This document shows positions 55,194-64,000 of a stretch of 64,000 nucleotides of DNA, piece by piece. The notes below the pieces were generated by a model that searched no databases, had not been told where the DNA came from, and saw only the letters and a list, made by a program, of their open reading frames with translations. Each line of letters opens with the position of its first letter. Position 1 is the stretch's first letter. A program made the position numbers and the translations under genes. The DNA comes from Marsupella aquatica (Eukaryota > Plantae > Marchantiophyta): NCBI GenBank assembly GCA_973895155.1, contig OZ316891.1, positions 18,935,048 to 18,999,047 of the forward strand. Direction: 5' to 3'.

Positions 55194-55789
55194 GAGAGAA
55201 ATAAGGGGAATCAAAACAAACAACAACTTATTTAATTTTCTGTACCAAAATGGTGGACACTTGCCCTTCTAATTAGTTTTTATTGCCCTTCCTGATTTGT
55301 CCCTTTGTAGTTCTGAGGGCATTATTGGATGAATGCTCAATCAAGATTTGGATCAACTCAATTGAGAGGATTTTCCGTACTTTTACTAAGATTAGTAAGA
55401 ATAAAAATCTGTAGGCTTCTAAGTGTATGAAGGTCCTGTTAGTAGATCATTAAGGGCAACAATAGCCCCTCCAAACTCAAAGCTTATTCTCTGGGTTTGG
55501 CAGGGACTATTTCCCATAATGCCCTGTCAACAGGACTTTAATATATTTGTCTACCCCTTCCTTAATATGCAAAATCCTGTGGATCCAGTTGACCATAACT
55601 AGTCAATGAGGTTGCTCCAACTTTAAGCAACCTTCCCCGTCTGATTAAATATTTTTTTAGGACTATCGTATCTAGAATCTAGATGAATAGCACAACAATT
55701 TTCTTTACGATAACCAAAGGCGTGGATATCCCCAAAATGAAAGTAAAGTAGCCTTTACTTTGGGCTCCTGGCTATGGAGTTCACACTGT

Positions 55790-58700
55790 AGCATAGTTTG
55801 CGCGCCACTTCGACTACCCTCCCGCACTCAGTTTTTCTCGGAATCCAGTTTTCTCAGTTGCATTAGCTTGCTCTTGTCGAGGCGCATCAAATCGATATAA
55901 AACACGTCCAAAACGGTGCCGTATCGACATACTTATGGTCACATTCGTTTTCGCCGTTTTTCAGTCGTTTTTCTGCGATTTCCGTCTTCCTTTCGACGGT
56001 CATATCTCGGTCAATCTTTCACGGATTTCAGATTTCTCAAGTGCTTTGTATAGCTCTTCTCCGGGAGCATCAGATTGATCCCAAGAGCGGTCCAATTGGT
56101 CTCCTATTGCCCCGATTGGACTTTGATTAGCTCTCACATTTTTTCTTCAATTTCCACCGTTCTCACTTTCAATTAGCTTTAGGGTCCTGTAGCAGTTCCT
56201 CGTTCACGGAATCCGGCATTCTCATGTGATTTGGCCAGCTCTTGTCCGGGAGTGCAACATCTATCCCTACCGCGGTCCTTTTGGTGACATATCAACCACT
56301 TTCGGCTCCGATTACGATTCTGATTTACTCCTCCATTTTTGGTGACGGTTTCCCTTGATCAGCTTTGGAGCATTCCTGTCTTGCCACGTTTCTCCTCCGA
56401 TTGGTGGTTGCCTTTCTTCTTCAGTTCTGACAAGGTGGTTTTTGCCAAGTTTAGTGGACCAGTTTGCATTCCACCATCTTTGGGAGCTGTAGCAGCACGC
56501 TCAAATCAGCGGAGAGATATTCACTCGCATCGACTCCTCAACGGACACATCGACGAGAGCTCCAGCTTTGTTCCCGGCTGTGCCTGCACGTGCTCAACGG
56601 TTTTCTAGGCTAGCGGTGGCGCCGCTTCTCGGATTTTGACGCGGTGGGCTCTCTCCATAGCCTTCCCTTTCTTTTCACATGTCTTGGTTGGGCCTTTTGT
56701 CGCTTCTTGATGCGCTTTTGCTTTTATCGGGTTGCGACCTGTCATGTCTACGTTGAGAGTGTTGGCGCGGGGCAAGCGCCCAGCCCCCCCACACAGTTCT
56801 CCCCCCTCCTCCCCCCCGCCTCGTGGTCGCCTTCGTGTTTGCTCTTCTTCATTGGATCTCTCTCATCTTCGTGATGACCCCATGCCCGATGTTCTACCAG
56901 TCCCCCCAGTCTACTGCCCACCCCATCGACGCCCTGGGTCCTCTCCCCAACCCATTCCCCCTCCACCCCTCCAGCATCCCCCTCCGGCCTCTTCATCCAC
57001 GTCGGTTCCCCCCCCCACCTCCTGTCCAGTCGTTCCCTGCTCCCTCCCCAGACGAGCGTCCCCTGCATACTTGTCCTGAGTGTGGCTGGGTTGGCCTCTC
57101 CCTTCCTCATCACCGCGGGCGGGGCCGGTGCCAACGTCGCCAGCAAGCCCAATCCCAGCCCCATCCCCCTCTTGACCCAGTTAGCTCTGCCCCTCCTTCC
57201 TTGGAGGCTTCCGAGCAGGCATGGAGTTGGGTTCGCTCTCTAGACCCCCTTCCAGCCTACCATCCAAGGTACATTAGAACTCGCCTTTATAACCACATCC
57301 CACTAGCGTTGCGCCCATTAGTTCGGTCATCCTTGTTGCAACTCATGCAGCTTATCTTGGCGCATCCTATCGAGGTCTCCTATTGGTCTTTACTCATGCT
57401 TTTTCCACAGTGGACTCTTACCCTCCCTAGTCACGGTGGTCGCGTGGGTCATCGTGAGACTGCCTCTCGTATCCATCATTTTCTGCGGGGAGATTGGGAA
57501 CAGCTTCAGGAAGAGTACTTTCTTCGAGCCCGTTCCTTTACTACCCGTGCTTTGTCTGACCCAGCTCGCCACTCTCATCCTCCAGAGCACAGACGCCTTC
57601 GTCGCTCTTGTCGTTTGGCCCAGGCTGGTGAATATCGTCGTGCGGTCCAGGCCCTTTCTCCCACCACACCAGCCCCCCCTGGCGAGGTCACCTTGACGGC
57701 CCTTCAGGATCTCCATCCGCAGCCCTATGATCAGCTCCCTTTGTTCGTGGAGGATTTTGAGCCTGAGGAGGATCTTCAGTTTAGTAGGGACCACTTCACC
57801 TATGCTTTCCTCCATGCTCCGCGTTGCGCGGCTGGTGGCCCCTCTGGCTATGTCTTTGAGCATTTTCGTGATTTATTCCCCCCTGAGGATCCTCAGTCTG
57901 GTTTTCCAGTTTTCTTCTCCTTTTGCCAGTGTATTGCTGCCGGCCGTTTGCCTCCTCCCGTCTCTCGGCTTTTGAGTGCTTCTCGTTTATTGGCCATGGC
58001 TAAGTCTTCACCGGGTGTTCGGCCCCTAGCTATTGGAGAGGTTTTTCTTCGTCTGGTGTCTCGCGCACTTTCATCGCAGTATCGCTCTGCACTATCGGAT
58101 CATCTCTCTCCACATTAGTTTGCAGTGGGCGTTCCTGGCGGTTGTGAGACAGTTATTGCGGGTATTCGTACTACCTTGGACCTCCACCCTGATTGGGTTG
58201 TCCTCGAGGTTGATGTCTCCAATGCTTTCAATACGGTTTCTCGGGCAGCAATTTTTCGTGCTTTGAGGGCAGCGGATCCAGACATCCAGTCCCTTATCCC
58301 CTTTGTCCGTTGTTTTTATGGGTTCGAGGCCCCCCTCTTCTATAGTCATCACACCTCTACAGGAGCGTATACCACTCTTTCTTCTACAGAAGGTACACGT
58401 CAGGGTGACCCTTTGGGTGGGCCTCTTTTTGCCATTGCACATTTTACTGCTTTACGAGAAGCCTCCGCGGCCCACCCCCAGTGTATCTTCCCCTCCCTTT
58501 CAGATGACACCCACATCATTGGTCCACTTGTTGCTGTTACTTCTGCCCTCGCCACCCTTTCCACCCATTTGTTGGGCCTCGGTTTACGAGTTCAGCCGGT
58601 GAAGAGTCGTGCATGGAGTCCAGCTGGGTTACCCTCTGATCTTGCGCTTCCCCCTGGGTTCTTACGTCCTACCGACGGTCTTCGGGTCCTTGGCTCCCCA

Positions 58701-60420
58701 GTCGGTACCGCCTCCTTTTGCTCATCTTTCATTGCTGACGCTCTCCAGGCTGCCTTAGCCCCTACTCCTATGCTCCCTAAGTTAGCAGACTCTCAGGCAG
58801 CATTTGGGTTGTTGTTGAGATGCATCCACCCTCGTGCGTCCTATTTGGCTCGGACACATCCCCCTACCGAGGATCTTTATCTACACCTCCGAGCGTTTGA
58901 TGTCTCCATTCGTGAGACTTTGGCCTCTCTTTTAGGGCCAGGTACTTTACTCTCATCTCCGTGGCTTCATCGACAGCTCAGTCTTCCTATTTCTCATGGT
59001 GGTTTTGGGCTTACTTCCACTGAGCGCCTTGCACCTTTGGCCTTCTTGGGCGCGTGGGCGGCCGCCTTCTCATTGTTGGCTGATCGTTTCCTTACTGAGG
59101 ATCGACCTTTTTTACTTTCATCCCTCATGGAGGTCGAGGAGGGTTCCCTCCCATTTCAGGTTCATTTGCGCACGGCGCGGTCATCATTACCCGATCCTGT
59201 TCGAGCTGCGTTACCTTCATTCCAGGAGTTTTTATCCTTGGACCCCGTCCGTCTTCAGGCAGACCTTGCTGGGCGTATGCACGCTTTCACCCTTTCCAGC
59301 ATCCTCACCGAGGCACCTGACACGGACCGAGCTCGGATTCTTTCTTCCGGGGGGAAAGGCGCAGGAGGCTGGCTTCAGGCCAATCCAGTCATTCCTCACC
59401 TGCGGATGTCTTCAGCGGAGTTTGCGACAGCCATGCGTCTTCGTATGGGCTTGCCCCACCCACTTCTTGCTGGTTTACCTCCTACTTGCAGTTGTGGGAA
59501 GCCTTGTGATGCCACAGGTGTCCATCTTCTTCGATGCAGTTTGGGCGGCAAAACCATTTTTGTTCACGACGTTGTGAGAGATGCGACTGCTCAGGTTCTC
59601 TCTGGCTCTTTGGTCTGCGCGCGGCGGGAGGTGGTGCTCGAGTTACCTGGTCCTCCATCACAGCGGTTACGGGTGGATCTTACCATGGTCCGTGACGGTC
59701 ACCGTACTTTGGCAGATGTAGTGGTGGCAAACCCATTGCGCCAAGACATCATTGGGACAGCGGCAACAACGGCAAGGGCAGCAGCATCACGAGCAGCAAC
59801 AACGAAGGAGGCCAAATATGCTGCACGAGCTTCATCTGATAGCTTCTTGCCCCTTGCTCTTGAGATATTTGGGCGTCTCCATCATCAGTTCGACGGGCTT
59901 CTTCGCCAAGCTGCTCGGGATGTTCACGGCCGGATGGGTCCCACCGGGCCCCCGCTATCTGTTTTGACCACGCACTTTCGCCAACGCATTTCAGTCACCT
60001 TACAGCGTGCTCAAGCTCGGGCCGTCTATCGTCGATCTCTGACAGTGGGTGCTAGTGTGACTCCGCAGCGGCTAGCCCCCCTAGAGGACATTCCTGTCCC
60101 ACTTGCCGATCTAGTTTCGACACTTGATGTAGACCACTAGCTTGTTGCCACATTTGCTAGGTATGATGAGGACCTCGGTCCATTTGCGGTAGTTTTAGTT
60201 AATCTTTCTTGGTTTTTAGGGGTTTCTTTTTGCTCACTTCTTTTAGTTCCTCTTTCTTGGTTTTTAGGGTTTCCTTTTGCTCACTTCTTTTGCGTTTGGT
60301 TTTGTCCACTTGGGACCTCTCTTGTTTATTCTTTTGTACTCTATTTGGCCTTTTTCTGTATAAAGTATGTGTATATTTTTTTTCTTGTACTGTTTCAGCT
60401 CAAAAAGATTCGAATGCTAA
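55790..60420 (+). mobile_element. CRE-like non-LTR retrotransposon (single ORF, RT plus restriction-like endonuclease). Boundaries approximate.
   Basis: The ORF has an N-terminal CPEC..H..C finger, RT motifs (GVRPLAIGEVFLRL, DVSNAFN, GTRQGDPLG, SLSDDTH, LRVLGSPVG) and a C-terminal CSC..HLLRC knuckle followed by HDVVRD, RVDL, DVVV, KEAKY and PLALEIFG, as in RLE-type elements. A T-rich 3' UTR follows. Confidence 0.85.
56744..60140 (+). pseudogene. Interrupted RT-RLE polyprotein of the CRE-like element
   Basis: ORFs 56823-58118 and 58125-60140 are in the same frame, separated by TAG at 58116-58118 in the context H*FAVG (expected HQFAVG, so CAG>TAG). A Pro-rich N-terminus from ATG 56744 lies in a neighbouring frame and would join through the C9 run at 57008-57016. 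Confidence 0.8.
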
Positions 60421-63258
60421 GTAAAATAATTAATTATTCCTTTCTAGAGCTAAGATGAATAATTTCTTATGAGCCACCTTCCAGAATAAATAACTTTTGG
60501 GTGACTTGGTACCTCTGCCTCTTCTCATGATCTTTCAAAAGTGATGCCCGCACTTTTATCCCCACACGTCATTTTCCAAATAGACAACTGCTTAGCTTCT
60601 AAACTATTGTGAATACAATTGGTGGACCTTTTGTCATTTTTCTCATATTTATTTTTTGCCCCACCACAGGTCCGCATTTAAGTACTAGAAGCGACTAACC
60701 CCCAACTTTGATCATTCTCATATCACGGCTTATCCAAATATACTTTATCATCCTAAGAACGAGCATGGCCTATGATCTTGGTCTCCGATTCTTGTTCAAC
60801 TTCCATTTGGTTGATTTGATTAGGGTGATTGGAAAATTTTGTGAAACCCATTTTTAACTTTTTTTTTAGTAAGTGGGTCTCTAAACGAGGCAGTAGCATA
60901 AAAAAATCTATCCAAAATGGACTTGAAATTACACAATTATAGCAGAAAAACTCTTTTCATGTATCTTAATATGCTGACCTACCCAATCGCATAGATGCAG
61001 CATTATGAAAACTCAAAAATAATAACAAGCTAACTTAATGTACACACTGTAACCATTATTCATTGACATCTGATCTCATCCACCAAGCTAACAAATCTAA
61101 TAACATGCACCTTTTCTTGTGATCGTTGCACACTATGTGCACCATCCAACTTTGCTACCTTTGCCGTTTGCTATTTTAACTGTTCATTTGAATATTTTTG
61201 TTGTGTATCATCTTCAAATCTAACTACTCTTGTTGGTCTTGTGTTGAACATGATTGAACGGTCATTCTGTTTCATTAGAAACATTCTGTTTCATTAGACA
61301 CATAGACATTCCTAATTGCAGACAAATTGCCCAATAAACTGATGATTTGGCTCCAAATTGTGCTGGGAAGACTGGAAGGCACTTGCATGGAGTTACATAA
61401 AACGTATTCACCACTTTTGTCCAGACTGTTTTAGGATATAGAATACAATAAAGAACCATTACAAGACATTACAAGAACTCCAGCTCCATTTTTGAGAGGC
61501 TATTATGGCACATTTAAAGGCTGTGGTAACAAAACCTTCATACACTTAAAGGCCTAAGAAATTTTCTTTCTAACTAATTTTAGTAAAGTTGGAGGAGAAT
61601 TTTTAGAAAGGGTTGATCCAAATCTTGACTCTTTCTTATTGTCATGAATGACCTAACATTACAAAGAGAAAAATCACTAAGGCAGTAAGGGTTACAATTA
61701 GCCACTTACCCCATTCACTAGAATATGACAGTTATCCTTAAATAGGTCTGGAGAGCTAAATGGTGATAAATTAATCTAGAATAATTACAGAAAGAATATT
61801 CCTATATTGTTTTGCTACAAACTAGGTGCCATTCGCCACTGTGTCAGAAGGGGAAACCTTAAAAATTCCGCTGCTTTACACTCCCATAAGTTTTGGTGAA
61901 TCTCGACAGCATTACTGGCTCACATGAGGCATGGAACCTAGTTCTACTCACTGTGCGTCGGAGAAGCAGACTGTCTGGCATTTAGTGTTGGGTCTAGAGT
62001 TACTCTTGAATAATTGTCATTATTAAAATTTTCTTGCTGCAAAAAACCTCATGGCAAGGGCGAACAAGCAGCCAAAGGCTCAGAAAGCAGAAATCAGCAG
62101 CAGCCCGCAGGGCCACCAACTCCGAGGTCACAACAAAGCACAACAACAACACCAGGGAGAGAGGCCTCTCCCGGTCCAACACAATCACGGGTTTGACCCG
62201 GAAACAAGAAGAGGCGAGACCTCTAGCTACCCTACCTACAAGCCAGTGAAAGGTAGAAACATGATCAACACCACACCAAGGATCCAAAGGGATGTACCAA
62301 CTCTCAGCCCCTGATTTATTGGTCAGAGGAGTAATTGCAGTTAAAAGTAAAAAACCTTTCCGAGGAATAATTGCAGTTAATCTAACCAAAGTCAGGTACT
62401 TCAAAAAGGTTACTTAGATGTGCCACTACTATATTCACTAGCAATCTGACTTAGCTTGTGAATGGAACAAAGCTATCTAAGAGATCGGGAGAGTTCAGTC
62501 TGCGGAGACTAGGTATGGCCGACAAATTAACATAGAGTGCTATGAAGCGCTATTGTGCGTTACCATGGACGTAACTGTTGTTGAGGTAAACCTTGTATCT
62601 TTTGTGTTTGCTACTTGTGTGTTCATTGGACATTGCACATATGCATGCTGTCTCCGAGAAACATCAATTGCACAACACCTCCAGAGGGTCACTTCCTCAA
62701 AAGGGACACATCACATTCAACAAAGTATGTTGTCATTTAGATTATTTTGGGAAAAACTTACTAAAATGTTAGCAGAAAATATTAGGGTCTTGAATTGAAA
62801 TATACCATGTGTCATCCTATGATTGGTGTTGTCTCTTTATAATTTAAGTGATCAAAGGGGGTCATGAATGACCAAGACTTTTGTGCATGATGTATGGTCC
62901 TCCACAGATTGACCTGCCAAATTCTCTATGGAACCCCAATTCCCTAAAATATTGACGTATCACAAGGAGAGCCTTGGAGATAATACATAAACTTGACTTG
63001 ATTCAAGAGTCTTAAGAAAGCCCACCACTTCCAATGGCCGTTCAATTACAGAGTGTTGTGTCACTCCATGTTGCATTTGGGTTGCAACTTTGTTGGTTGC
63101 ACATGTTGTGTTGTGGGTTTGCGAGGAAGACCTGGTATAGCAGGTCACCTGGTAGGGATGACCTGTTCACCCAGGTTACCATGCCCTTGGTGCCATGGGG
63201 GTATACCTTGGAGAATGAGGATTAGCTCCTCATTCTTCCAAGTTGAGCCTTCCGGCAC

Positions 63259-63262
<4 letters not shown>

Positions 63263-63296
<34 letters not shown>
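63263..63296. repeat. (AG)n microsatellite
   Basis: Perfect AG run. Confidence 0.9.
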
Positions 63297-63299
<3 letters not shown>

Positions 63300-64000
63300 G
63301 TCAGTTGACATGTAGAGTGACATTAGCAGGGTTCTGCTATGTGTATAGACTTGGGGTCCTGCATGGCTAGCGGGTGAGTTTGGCTCGACTTAGTGATACC
63401 TTGCATCGGGGTTCCGTTTCACAAGAGATTACTGTTATGGATTTTGGCGTACATGTGCGTCGTGTGATTATCTTTTTCTTGTTTACATGGTGTGCAATGA
63501 TGTGAGTTGTGTATAGATGCGTGTCCGCACTACAGTTGGCATGCCTGCAATCTCAGATCCTTGAGCCATAATTGGGTTATCTGATTCTAGCTTAATCTAC
63601 CCTCTTCTTTGCTAGTCCACAGAAAGTGCAATTAGGCACTACCTGCCTCAAAACAAGGGAGACCATGACCTAGAAACTCCTTCAATTGAACAAAAACTAA
63701 GGGCATCTCAAATCTCTTACCCCCACTTTCAAAGACTATACCAGTGATTTTGCAATTTGTAAAGTTGTAGAATTGTCATGGTGGCTAGGATGGACAGCAT
63801 CCCCTAAAATTCTAGGGAGTCAAATGAAGGGTGAAAAGAGCCAAAGGAAGGGTGAATCCTTGGTTAGTTCTCTTCTGCTTGAGCATACTGCCTTGAAGCC
63901 TTCAGGGATTTGCACTGCTCCATGAGCTGCATGCCCTTGAGCTCTACTCTGTTTTCCTTCTTATATTTAAGAGGACTTGTTCACAGGACAAAGGAAGAGT

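Overview
Eukaryotic nuclear DNA from a non-seed land plant, probably a bryophyte or lycophyte (inferred from intron structure, gene set and protein motifs). Five intact protein-coding genes are supported: V-ATPase subunit C (11 exons, - strand), ribosomal protein uL23/RPL23A (3 exons, -), an intronless membrane-anchored six-bladed kelch protein (+), the RUNKEL/ULK4 pseudokinase (10 exons, +) and an ABI5/ABF group-A bZIP (3 exons, +). At about 55.8-60.4 kb lies a near-intact CRE-like non-LTR retrotransposon (RT plus restriction-like endonuclease) with one in-frame stop and a probable frameshift. Intergenic DNA is full of non-autonomous Helitron ends carrying about 35-bp ACGAC repeat arrays, MITE-like foldbacks and dispersed or tandem repeats. 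The best leads are the RLE-type retroelement, the type II membrane kelch protein, the stacked Helitron termini with a composite poly(A)-tailed insert, and a densely base-paired segment in a RUNKEL intron. Exon boundaries were read by eye. No database search or folding program was run.
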